64,000 nt of DNA from assembly GCA_965116905.1 (NCBI GenBank), contig OZ220732.1:3648001-3712000 (forward strand), read 5' to 3'. Below are positions 20,506-29,387 of the stretch, in pieces. Each line of letters opens with the position of its first letter. The first letter of the stretch is position 1. Source of the DNA: Longimicrobiales bacterium (GTDB taxonomy: Bacteria; Gemmatimonadota; Gemmatimonadetes; Longimicrobiales; Gaopeijiaceae). A model generated the notes under the pieces. That model was not told the origin of the DNA, made no database searches, and saw nothing but the letters and a program-made list of their open reading frames with translations. A program made the translations under genes and the position numbers.

Positions 20506-22049
20506 TTCAGGCAATCCTGGACAACCTGCGTACCTACTGGATCGTCCACGCGCTCCTGCTCGTGTACACGATCCTGCTCGCCTACCACGCCTGGCACGGG
20601 AACCGCAAGACGAGCGGCGTCGCCGACTACTTCGTCGGTGGACGCTCCATGGGGCCCATCGCCATCGGACTCTCGTTCTTCGCGACCTATTCCAGCACCA
20701 ACTCGTTCGTCGGATTCTCGGGACAGGCATACGACTGGGGGGTCACGTGGTTCCTGCTGGTCCCCGCCGTGGTCGGCTTCTCGCTGTTCGCCTGGATCGC
20801 GGTGGCACCGCGGCTGAGGACCTTCACCGAATCCCTCGGTTCGCTGACGATCCCCGACTTCATCGGCTTCCGGTTCGGCAGCACGTCCGCACGCGTGCTC
20901 GCGGCCCTGATCGTCATCTTCGCGTCGTTCTTCTACATGACGGCGGTGTTCAAGGGAATCGGGAATCTGCTCGAAGTCTTCCTCGAGATTCCGTACCGGA
21001 CGGCGATCATCATCGTCTTCTTCATCGTGATGATCTACACGGTGGTGGGCGGCTTCATCTCGGTGGTGAAGACCGATGCCGTGCAGGGCGTGGTGATGAT
21101 CGTGGCGGGCATCCTTCTCTTTCGCGGGGCCGTGGCGGCCGCGGGCGGACTCGATTCCGTCGGCGCGTTGGCGAACGACCCGTCCACGGAACCCCTGCTG
21201 CGATGGGGCGGCGGCGTGTCCGTACCGCTCGCCCTGGGGGTCGTGTTCGCGGGCACCGTCAAGTTCGCCGTGGAGCCGCGCCAGCTGTCGCGCTTCTATG
21301 CGCTCGAGAGCCGGGCGGCGATCCGGAAGGGCGTGTGGGTGTCCACTGCCGCGTTCATCCTGGTGTATTCGCTTCTGATCCCGGTCGGCCTGTACGCGCG
21401 CAACATCATTCCCGGCGGTCTGGCCGACACCGACCTGGTCGTGCCCCGCCTGCTCGCCGCCCCGGAGGTCTTTGCCGCCGGCACGAGCGCCTTTCTTCTC
21501 CTGGCCATGGTCGCGGCGGCGATGTCGTCGCTGGACAGCGTGCTCCTCGTCCTGGCGTCGACCGTGCAGCGGGATCTGGTGGGCGTGGCCTTCGGAGCGG
21601 CCTCGGAACGCGGCACCCTGACCGCTACCCGGTGGTACGTCGCCCTGTTCGCCCTCATCACCGCCATCATCGCGCTCAACCCTCCCGACGGCGTCGTGGC
21701 CCTGACCGCGTTTTCGGGAGCCGTCTACGGTGCCTGCTTCGGTCCCGCACTTCTCATGGGGCTCTACTGGCGGAGGGGCAATGGGACCGCCACCGTGGCG
21801 TCGTTCACCGTCGGGCTTGCGGTGCTGCTCCTGTGGACCCGTCTCCCGGGCACCGACGGCATTCACCAGGTCTTCCCCGGCGTCGCGCTCTCGTTCCTGG
21901 TGTACTGGGCGGTGGCGAAATGGACGCCGGCGTACAAGTCAGCGGAGATCGACCGTCTCTTCGCGGCCGAGAGGCGAGGCGGGGGGCCAGGAGGCGAGGG
22001 GTCAGGGGGTGGGGGGCCAGGGAGCGAGGGGCGTCGCAGCTCAGTGTGA
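20502..22049 (+). CDS. Sodium:solute symporter (PanF/PutP-like)
   Basis: DYFVGGRS, STNSFVGFSG, TDAVQG, AAAMSSLDS; TTG start overlaps the synthetase stop. Confidence 0.88.
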   Translation: MIQAILDNLRTYWIVHALLLVYTILLAYHAWHGNRKTSGVADYFVGGRSMGPIAIGLSFFATYSSTNSFVGFSGQAYDWGVTWFLLVPAVVGFSLFAWIAVAPRLRTFTESLGSLTIPDFIGFRFGSTSARVLAALIVIFASFFYMTAVFKGIGNLLEVFLEIPYRTAIIIVFFIVMIYTVVGGFISVVKTDAVQGVVMIVAGILLFRGAVAAAGGLDSVGALANDPSTEPLLRWGGGVSVPLALGVVFAGTVKFAVEPRQLSRFYALESRAAIRKGVWVSTAAFILVYSLLIPVGLYARNIIPGGLADTDLVVPRLLAAPEVFAAGTSAFLLLAMVAAAMSSLDSVLLVLASTVQRDLVGVAFGAASERGTLTATRWYVALFALITAIIALNPPDGVVALTAFSGAVYGACFGPALLMGLYWRRGNGTATVASFTVGLAVLLLWTRLPGTDGIHQVFPGVALSFLVYWAVAKWTPAYKSAEIDRLFAAERRGGGPGGEGSGGGGPGSEGRRSSV

Positions 22050-22067
22050 ACGCCCCGGCGCCGCCCC

Positions 22068-23276
22068 TCAGCGCGCGACCAGCACCCCGTCCCGCACCCA
22101 GACCTCCCCGCCCACCGCCACCGTGGCGTCGGTGAAGAAGTTCCAGCGAACGTATCCTCCGCCGACCGCCCCGCCGAGTTCGGTATTGTCGCCGAGCGAG
22201 AGCCTCACCACCCCGGCGCCGTACCCGTAGTACGGGATCCATTCCTCTCCGTCGGGAATCGCGAGCAGCGGATTGAATCCCACGGCAAGCTCGCGGAACG
22301 TGCGTCCCGCATCGCCGGCGGCATCCATCTCCGCGATCACCCCCTCCCTGCCGTTGTCCGCCTCCACCTCGACCACACGGCCCTCCTCGAAGCTCAGCAC
22401 CAGTCCGTCGACCGCGCTGCCACCCCACTGCGCCGGCGGAAAGGCGATCCTCCCCTCGACGGTCGCCAGCACCGGCGATACGCGCGCGGCCCCGGCGGGG
22501 AGCTCGACTTCGCGGTCGATCAGGTTCCGGGCCTCGGCCATTCGCGCCGCCGAGGCGTCCCCGTCCTGGCGCGTCACCGGCCGGTCGGCCACCTCGAAGC
22601 TGATGTCGGTGCCGGCTGGAGTGGTCACCCTCACCACCCCCTCGCGCAGCGCGGCCTCGAACGCGTTCAGCGTCGCGGCCAGCGCCTCGTAGTCGGTCTC
22701 CAACAGCGCCCTCTGGTACACCATGTCGACGTTGGCGTCCACGGGAAGCTCCTCCATCCCGAAAGAGGTCGCCCCGGCCCAGTGAAAGTGCACGGTGCGG
22801 GCGCGATCCCCGCGCAGCACATCCTGCATGGCGCGGTAGACGTCGTATTCGACGTCGGGAGAAGGCGTGGCGCCCGGGAGCTTGATCGCGAGATCCACAT
22901 CGGCCAGCGCGGTCCTCCAGCCGTCCGGATCCGGACCGAGCGCCGTTGCGAACTCTGCCGGCTCCGCACCGGGGAGCGGTGCCCCGAAGATGTCCACCGC
23001 GCCCAGGTAGTCGGCTCCGGCCTCCCGGATCCCTCCGCTCAGCAGGGGCAGAATCGCGTCCCAACGGGTCCCGGGCTGTCCCATCAACAGCACCCGCTCA
23101 CCGGGTTGCGGCGCAGCGCGATCCATCACCGAGGCGGCGATGGCAGGAATGTCGAGCGTCTCCCCGGCTCCCGCGTCGGCGTATTGCCCGGATTCGGGGC
23201 CGCACGCACCGGCCGCGAGCAGGCAGGTGAGTGCGGTGAGCGCAGAAAGCGTCGTTAGATTTGGCTGGCGTGGCAT
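22068..23276 (-). CDS. M29 (AmpT/AmpS) aminopeptidase-like lipoprotein
   Basis: Lipobox LLAAGAC; VQPGE-like N-domain (PQPGERVLL), TPAGTDISF, FEEGRVVE, RELAVGFNP, LSLGDN. Metal ligands appear altered. Confidence 0.7.
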   Translation of the reverse strand: MPRQPNLTTLSALTALTCLLAAGACGPESGQYADAGAGETLDIPAIAASVMDRAAPQPGERVLLMGQPGTRWDAILPLLSGGIREAGADYLGAVDIFGAPLPGAEPAEFATALGPDPDGWRTALADVDLAIKLPGATPSPDVEYDVYRAMQDVLRGDRARTVHFHWAGATSFGMEELPVDANVDMVYQRALLETDYEALAATLNAFEAALREGVVRVTTPAGTDISFEVADRPVTRQDGDASAARMAEARNLIDREVELPAGAARVSPVLATVEGRIAFPPAQWGGSAVDGLVLSFEEGRVVEVEADNGREGVIAEMDAAGDAGRTFRELAVGFNPLLAIPDGEEWIPYYGYGAGVVRLSLGDNTELGGAVGGGYVRWNFFTDATVAVGGEVWVRDGVLVAR

Positions 23277-23411
23277 CGGGACGCGTCCTCCGGGCCGGTT
23301 GTCGTTGTTGCGGGGTCGTTGTTGCGCGGTGGTCGTTGCACGTTGGTCGTTGCGGGGGGAACGTACACGACCCAGGATAGTACTTCAAAGGCGGAAAGAC
23401 AGAGGCCCTGT

Positions 23412-24272
23412 ATGCAATTCAGAGTGGTCGCGTGCGTGCTGGCGGTCCTGGCGGGCTCGCTCCCGGCGTGGCAGGGGGGCGTCGCCCAGACGGTACGGGG
23501 CACCGTGACCGACCCCGTCTCCACGCGTCCCGTCGGGAATGCGCTGGTCGTGCTCGTCAACGAAGCCGGCGAGCGCGTGGCCAGCGTCCTCACCGACGAC
23601 GGGGGCACCTTCGCGATCGACACGCCGGGCAGCGGTTCCTACATGCTGGGCGTCGCGCAGATCGGGTACCAGCACGCGATTTCCCCGCAGCTCGCGGTGG
23701 GCACCGAGGACGTCACCGTCGACATCCTGCTCCCCCCGACGCCCATCACGCTCGACTCGCTCACGGTCCGGTCAACCCGCAACACTCCCGACGCCGGGCG
23801 CCTGCGGGGCCTCCTGACGCAGGAGCGCCACCGAGGCACGCTGGTCGGGCGGCTGACCCGCGCCGAGATCGAGTCGAGAGGACCCCGCAGCGACCTGGTC
23901 TCGCTCCTGGCGACCATGAACATCCCCGGGCTCCGCGCGCGCCGCATGGCGCTCTCCACCGGAGCTCCCGAGACCGGGCTTTGCGTCGAATTGGGGCGGA
24001 ACCGCTCGGTCCTGAACAAGACGAGCAGCCGGCTGACCGGCCCGCGGGATCAACTGGGCTTCGCCAACGAGGACGACATCGCCGCGCGCGCGGGCGCTTG
24101 CGCCATGATGGCGGTCGTCGTGGACGACGTTCCCGTGCCGGATCCTGCGCAGGTCCTCGGAAGCATCACGCCGGCGGATCTGGAAGGCCTGGAGGTCATA
24201 CCGCCCCTGGAAGCACTCGCCCGCTACGGTGCCCGTGCGGCGAACGGCGCGCTGCTCCTCTGGACGCGCTAG
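23412..24272 (+). CDS. Exported carboxypeptidase-regulatory-like domain protein with TonB-plug-like C-terminus
   Basis: Signal peptide; VRGTVTD, TDDGGTF, IGY; C-terminal LEGLEVI...RYGARAANGALLLWTR. Confidence 0.75.
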   Translation: MQFRVVACVLAVLAGSLPAWQGGVAQTVRGTVTDPVSTRPVGNALVVLVNEAGERVASVLTDDGGTFAIDTPGSGSYMLGVAQIGYQHAISPQLAVGTEDVTVDILLPPTPITLDSLTVRSTRNTPDAGRLRGLLTQERHRGTLVGRLTRAEIESRGPRSDLVSLLATMNIPGLRARRMALSTGAPETGLCVELGRNRSVLNKTSSRLTGPRDQLGFANEDDIAARAGACAMMAVVVDDVPVPDPAQVLGSITPADLEGLEVIPPLEALARYGARAANGALLLWTR

Positions 24273-24320
24273 GGCCGTAGGGCCGGACGCGCGAGCCCGC
24301 GGACGGGTCTGCCGCCGGAA

Positions 24321-25127
24321 CTACTCCTGCTCGCCGTAGAGGAGCATGATCACCCCGCTCCCATCGTCTTCCCGTCCGGCCACCACGGAGAGCTTCCGCC
24401 CCTCGTCCTCGCCCGACGTCACCTCCAGGCGTCCACTGTGGGGACCCACGACCACCACCGACGTCTCGTATCCCGCGTCCTCCAGCCGGTCACCGTACCA
24501 GGCGACGACGTCACCAGCGGCCGCGTCGGTGGTCAGCATCACGGCGCCCGACCGCCCCGAATCCGTTCGCTTGGAGAACAGCACGTCCTGCACTCGCGCG
24601 CCGGGATACACCGGAACCCAGTTCGGCAACTCCCGGGCCTCGCCGCCGGTTCCCAGCCGCACCTCGCCGTCGGGCGTGTCTATGTGCAGGAAGCCGCCGT
24701 CACTGTCTCCACGGAGCTCGATCCGGGTCTCGCCGTCGGCCGTCCGGAAGCGGATCCGCCCGCCGGACTCGTCCGCTTCGCCTTCGAATCGAACGCCTTC
24801 CCGGATCCGGTCCACGGCCTGGGCAAGGTCCACCGTGAGCACCTCGCCCTCGTCGCCGAAGCGCAGGGTTACCTGTTGCGCGCTCTCGTCCGTCGCCACG
24901 ACCGTAACGTCCTCGGCGAACGTTTCGGCCATCTCCGCAAAGGCCTCCGCCGGATTCTCGCGGAAGTCGACAGCCCTGTCGGACGCCTTGCGCACGAACA
25001 ACAGACCGACGACGAATAGTGCCGTCATGCACAGCGCGGCACACCCCGCCACCACCACCATGATCTTGGCCAACGGCGACATTCCCCGCCGGTCGTAACG
25101 AGTCGCTTCTGAATAGGGATCGGACAT
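24321..25127 (-). CDS. Hypothetical single-pass membrane protein
   Basis: One N-terminal TM segment, acidic beta-rich region, LPNWVPVYPGA motif; GGAGAG RBS. Confidence 0.7.
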   Translation of the reverse strand: MSDPYSEATRYDRRGMSPLAKIMVVVAGCAALCMTALFVVGLLFVRKASDRAVDFRENPAEAFAEMAETFAEDVTVVATDESAQQVTLRFGDEGEVLTVDLAQAVDRIREGVRFEGEADESGGRIRFRTADGETRIELRGDSDGGFLHIDTPDGEVRLGTGGEARELPNWVPVYPGARVQDVLFSKRTDSGRSGAVMLTTDAAAGDVVAWYGDRLEDAGYETSVVVVGPHSGRLEVTSGEDEGRKLSVVAGREDDGSGVIMLLYGEQE

Positions 25128-25239
25128 GAGTTGCTCTCCGGGTCTTCAACTGGTTGCACGCACCTGATGTTACGTGAGATCGAAGCGGTTTGTTTCGCGG
25201 CACGCCGCCTTCCCCGCGCCCCTTGCACCGCCTGGGCCC

Positions 25240-26049
25240 ATGCAGTGTGAAGAGCCCCGGCAGCAGGGGTTGCGGGCAGGCGAATGGCTCCGCGCTATCC
25301 GCCGGACGGTTGCGGTGTTCACGTGGACCACGGCCATCGCCGCGGCGATGCTTACGGCGTGGTTGCCCACGCTCGCGATGCGGGCCGCGGGGCCGTCCCT
25401 TCGATCCCGGATACGGCGCCGCGCGGTCGGTACCTGGGGGCGGGGGATGATGCTCGCCACCGGCGTCCGCGTATCGACCGAGGGCAAGCCGCCGCCGGAG
25501 GGCGTTCTGGTCGTCTCCAACCATCTCGGCTACCTGGACATCGTGGCCGTGAACTCCGTCGCGCCCACGGTCTTCGTCTCCAGGGCCGATGTGCGACGCT
25601 GGCCGTTCTGGGGAGCCATGGCGGCGCTGGGCGGCACCGTGTTCGTCGACAGGGCCCGGAAGCGCGACGTGATCCGTGTAAGGCGCGACATGGAAGCCGC
25701 CCTGGAGCGTGGCGACCGCGTCCTGGTCTTCCCGGAAGCCACCACCACCGACGGGTCGGCCATTCGCCCGCTGAAGCCGGCTCTTCTGGCGGGCGCCGCC
25801 GAGCGCAACCTGCCCGTCTACTGGCTGACGATATCCTATCGAACGCCCCCCGGCGGCCCTTCGGCCCGCGACCGGGTCTGCTGGTGGCAGGGGATCGGCT
25901 TCGTGCCGCATGTCCTGGCGCTGTTCGGACTCAAGCGCGTCTATTGCACCATCCGTTTCGGGGACGCGGCCGTGCGCGCCACGCATCGCAAGGAGCTCGC
26001 GGAGGCATTGCGCACCCGGATGCTGCAGCGATTCGAGCCGGTCGCCTGA
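25240..26049 (+). CDS. Lysophospholipid acyltransferase (PlsC/OlsA-like); start uncertain
   Basis: NHLGYLD (HX4D), FVDR and FPEATT motifs. Confidence 0.88.
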   Translation: MQCEEPRQQGLRAGEWLRAIRRTVAVFTWTTAIAAAMLTAWLPTLAMRAAGPSLRSRIRRRAVGTWGRGMMLATGVRVSTEGKPPPEGVLVVSNHLGYLDIVAVNSVAPTVFVSRADVRRWPFWGAMAALGGTVFVDRARKRDVIRVRRDMEAALERGDRVLVFPEATTTDGSAIRPLKPALLAGAAERNLPVYWLTISYRTPPGGPSARDRVCWWQGIGFVPHVLALFGLKRVYCTIRFGDAAVRATHRKELAEALRTRMLQRFEPVA

Positions 26050-26066
26050 TGCGAAAGGACTGAGCC

Positions 26067-26651
26067 TTGGCCTGGATCGAGGAAATCCCGCCCACCGAGG
26101 CCACCGGACTCCTCCGAAGGGAGTTCGACGCGGCCGTGGCGCGCTCCGGTCGCGTCTGGAACATCGTGCAGGTGATGAGCCTGAACGCGCCGGTCCTCAG
26201 GGCCACCATGGCGCAGTACGGCGCCATCATGTTCGGTCCGTCCCCCCTGTCCAGATTCCAGCGCGAGCTTCTGGCCACGGTGGTCTCGGCCGAGCTGGAC
26301 TGCTTCTACTGAACCCAGGCGCACGCGCATGACCTCCGGGCAGAGGTCGAGGAGATGGGCATGGACGAAGGGGAGGGCGACCGGCTCGTGCACCGGATCG
26401 TGGCCGGGTGGCGCGAGGCGCCGCTCTCGCCGGCCGACCGGGCCCTGTGCGAGTACGCTGCGCGGCTGACCGCCAAACGGACCGTCATGACCGAGACCGA
26501 TCTGGACCGGCTGCGCGGCGAGGGTCTGAGCGACCGGGCAATCCACGACGCCATCCAGGTCATCGCGTTCTTCAACTACATCACGCGGGTGGCGGATGGC
26601 CTGGGAGTGCAGCCGGAGACCTTCATCGACAAATGGGGGCTGGACGAGTGA
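26067..26651 (+). CDS. AhpD/carboxymuconolactone-decarboxylase-like peroxidase-related selenoprotein (CxxU, about 194 aa, Sec at codon 82)
   Basis: ORFs 26067..26312 and 26355..26651 are in the same frame, joined by TGA 26310-26312 in LSRFQRELLATVVSAELD-CFY-U-TQAH (family motif CxYCxxxH). C-terminus FNYITRVADGLGV. Confidence 0.88.
26310..26349 (+). promoter_or_regulatory. Putative SECIS element of the AhpD-like gene
   Basis: Perfect stem GACCTC (26331-26336) / GAGGTC (26343-26348) with loop CGGGCA, starting 19 nt after the TGA. Confidence 0.72.
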
Positions 26652-26725
26652 CCCCGTCTTGTCGTACCTTGACGCCGACCGTTGCCCGGGTGTCTCGGGC
26701 CCACAACCAAGGGAGCTAGGCGGAA

Positions 26726-27166
26726 ATGACTGCAAAGGGCGGAACGCGGATCAGAGTTACGTTGCGGTGGCTGCAGGTCCTCGACAACCTGGAACCGTTC
26801 TTCAAGGAGAAGGGCGAGTTCGTCTTTTGGGCCAAGGTGATCACGGACAACCATGGCGGTCAGGTGCAGGAGACCCGGATGCCCGGTCAGGGTCACTACT
26901 CGATCTCCGATCGCCCGCGTTGGAACCGCCTCAAGAACCTCGACAAGGTGCTCTTCGAGGGCGAGGTGACCGATCACCTCGTCGTCGAGCTGCGGGGCGA
27001 GGAGCTCGACCAGTTCAGCGCCAACGACCAGCTGGATACCTACCGGAGGACCTTCACGGGCCCCATCGGTGATCACGTTGCCCTGATTCAGCCCGGCGAC
27101 GAGGGATCCGACGACCCCGAGAACATGTCCAACTGGCGCATCGGCTACGAGATCGAGGCGGTCTGA
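26726..27166 (+). CDS. Hypothetical protein (beta-sandwich, possibly C2-domain-like)
   Basis: Clean coding-like composition; acidic loops between predicted strands (LDNLEPF, EELDQFSANDQL). Confidence 0.65.
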   Translation: MTAKGGTRIRVTLRWLQVLDNLEPFFKEKGEFVFWAKVITDNHGGQVQETRMPGQGHYSISDRPRWNRLKNLDKVLFEGEVTDHLVVELRGEELDQFSANDQLDTYRRTFTGPIGDHVALIQPGDEGSDDPENMSNWRIGYEIEAV

Positions 27167-27173
27167 TAAGCCT

Positions 27174-27584
27174 TCACGCGAGTGAGGCCGCCACCCTGCG
27201 GATCTTCTCGACCATCGAGTAGAACCCGTTGCGCCGGTTCGGGCTCAGAGCCTCACCCAGCCTGAGACGATCGAAGATGTCGGAGAGGTCCACCGCGAGG
27301 GCCTCCTCCGGCGGCTGGCCGTTGTAGACCTCCGCGAGGATCGCGAAGAGTCCCTTCACGATGACGGACTCCGAGTCCCCCACGAAGCGGAGGACCGGAG
27401 GGTTATCTCCTTCAAGGCCTCCGGCGAGCCACGCCGGGCTCATGCACCCGCGCACCTGATTCTCCTCCGTCTTCAGCTCGACGGGCATCGGGGGCAGCCG
27501 CCGGCCCAGCTGGATGATGTAGTGGTATCTCAGCGTGCGGTCGGCCAGGCTGTTCAGCCTCTTTTCGAGCTGTTCCAACGTCAT
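27174..27584 (-). CDS. sufE: SufE-family Fe-S assembly sulfur acceptor
   Basis: YIIQLGRRLP, VRGCMS, DSESVIVKG, LSPNRRNG; AAGGAG RBS. Confidence 0.9.
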   Translation of the reverse strand: MTLEQLEKRLNSLADRTLRYHYIIQLGRRLPPMPVELKTEENQVRGCMSPAWLAGGLEGDNPPVLRFVGDSESVIVKGLFAILAEVYNGQPPEEALAVDLSDIFDRLRLGEALSPNRRNGFYSMVEKIRRVAASLA

Positions 27585-27632
27585 TCGGAGCGATCTCCTT
27601 GCCAAAACCCGAATAAAGTCCGAAATTGGGGA

Positions 27633-28742
27633 ATGCGGATACTACCTGTCAAACTTCGGACGGATCCGGCCCGTCCCCGGAGGGCCCTTGCGATCCGTCC
27701 TCGGCTCAAGGGGCGTGCCGTACCTTACGATCCTCCGAACCGTTTCGAAACGGTCCACGCGGAGATCGACCCCGAAGACCTCGCCCGCGAAGCGCCCCGT
27801 ACCGAGTTTCTTCCGGATGCCACGCGGGAGATCCTGGCCACGAACAGCAGCCCGGACATTCCCTTCGACGCGTCGGTCAACCCGTACAGGGGCTGCGAGC
27901 ACGGCTGCGTCTACTGCTACGCGCGTCCGACGCACGAATTCCTCGGCTTCTCTTCCGGCCTGGACTTCGAGAGGAAGATCCTGGTCAAGCACCGGGCGCC
28001 CGAGTTGCTGCGGGAGGCCCTCTCGGCGCGCTCCTGGCGGCCCCGGCTGATCGGCCTTTCCGGAGTCACCGATCCCTACCAGCCGGTCGAGCGGCGCCTG
28101 GGCCTGACCCGGGGCTGTCTGGAGGTGCTGAGGGACTACAGAAACCCGGTGGCCATCGTGACCAAGAACCATCTTGTGACCAGGGATGTGGACCTGTTGG
28201 GCGATCTGGCCGCCCACAACTGCGTGCAGGTGACCCTGTCCGTGACCACCCTGAAGAACGACCTGCAGCGTGTGATGGAGCCCCGCACCTCCATTCCCGC
28301 AAGGCGGCTCGATGCGATCTGGCAGCTCTCATCCGCGGGGATACCGGTCGGCGTGTTCGTCGCGCCCGTGATTCCCGGCCTGAACGACGAGGAGATCCCG
28401 GCAATCCTGGAGGCGACCGCCGAAGCCGGGGCCGCCAGCGCGTCCTTTCTGCTCCTGAGGCTGCCGATGGGGGTGGCCGACCACTTCAAGAACTGGCTGG
28501 AGACCCATTTCCCGGACAGGAAGGCCAGGGTCCTCCACCGGATCAGGGAGGTTCGTGGCGGCAGGCTGAACGACTCCGGGTTCCACACCCGTTTCCGGGG
28601 CGAGGGACAATACGCGAAACAGATTCAGCGGCTGTTCCGCGCCACCGCCCGCAAGCTCGGGCTGGACGGGAAGCCGCCGCGGCTTTCGACGAACGGGTTC
28701 CGCAGACACGGAGGAGCTCAGGGGGATCTGTTCGAAGGCTAG
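27633..28742 (+). CDS. Radical SAM protein, PA0069/Rv2578c (SplB-like) family
   Basis: NPYRGCEHGCVYCYAR (CX3CX2C), TDPYQPVE, EPRT, APVIPGLND. Confidence 0.9.
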   Translation: MRILPVKLRTDPARPRRALAIRPRLKGRAVPYDPPNRFETVHAEIDPEDLAREAPRTEFLPDATREILATNSSPDIPFDASVNPYRGCEHGCVYCYARPTHEFLGFSSGLDFERKILVKHRAPELLREALSARSWRPRLIGLSGVTDPYQPVERRLGLTRGCLEVLRDYRNPVAIVTKNHLVTRDVDLLGDLAAHNCVQVTLSVTTLKNDLQRVMEPRTSIPARRLDAIWQLSSAGIPVGVFVAPVIPGLNDEEIPAILEATAEAGAASASFLLLRLPMGVADHFKNWLETHFPDRKARVLHRIREVRGGRLNDSGFHTRFRGEGQYAKQIQRLFRATARKLGLDGKPPRLSTNGFRRHGGAQGDLFEG

Positions 28743-28779
28743 TTCCAGGTGTTCGTCCGCCCGTGTTTGCCCGGTTGTC

Positions 28780-29271
28780 CTACAGTCGGCTCAGAATGTA
28801 CGCGTAGGCGGCAACCGCCTCCACCTGCTCGTCGGTCAGTGGCATGCCGGCACGCGGCAGCATCGCGCCCGGATGCTCGATGGGCTGCGAGACCCCGGTC
28901 TTGACCAGCTCGATGATCGACTGGTATTCGCCGTCCACGTTGATCCAGGTATCATCGGTCAGGTCGGGTGCGAGCGGTCCGCCCGTGGCCTCCACCGTAT
29001 GACAGGTGTAGCAGATGCCCCCGCCGTTGAAGAGATCGCGTCCCTGCTCCACCATCGCCACCGTCACGCCTTCCGGAAGGAGTGCCGCGTCGAGCCCGGC
29101 CAGCAGGTCGACGGCCTCGGTGGCGGCCGCCGTCGCCGGATCCGCGTCCGCGGTCGCCGCCTCTTCCGAGCCTGTCGAACCGGAATCGCCTCCGCCGCAG
29201 GCGGCGGCCGCGAGGAGCGCCGTGGCGGCGATCGCCAGGTGGAGCGATGCATGCCCCTTGTTCCCAGTCAT
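28780..29271 (-). CDS. Monoheme cytochrome c lipoprotein
   Basis: Lipobox LAAAAC, CYTCH, APDLTD and distal Met in AMLP. Confidence 0.85.
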   Translation of the reverse strand: MTGNKGHASLHLAIAATALLAAAACGGGDSGSTGSEEAATADADPATAAATEAVDLLAGLDAALLPEGVTVAMVEQGRDLFNGGGICYTCHTVEATGGPLAPDLTDDTWINVDGEYQSIIELVKTGVSQPIEHPGAMLPRAGMPLTDEQVEAVAAYAYILSRL

Positions 29272-29387
29272 TATCTTCGTTCCTCGGATCAGTGTGTTTT
29301 CCAAGTCGTGCGACCGGAAGCTCGCCTGTGGGCGTGGCACCGGTCAACCGTACACCGCCCCAATACCGTCCAGGGATCCTCGATACC

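Noticed and set aside
23295..23360. GTCGTTG-rich degenerate repeats between divergent genes
   Set aside because: Irregular period and no supporting feature; not enough to assign a function.
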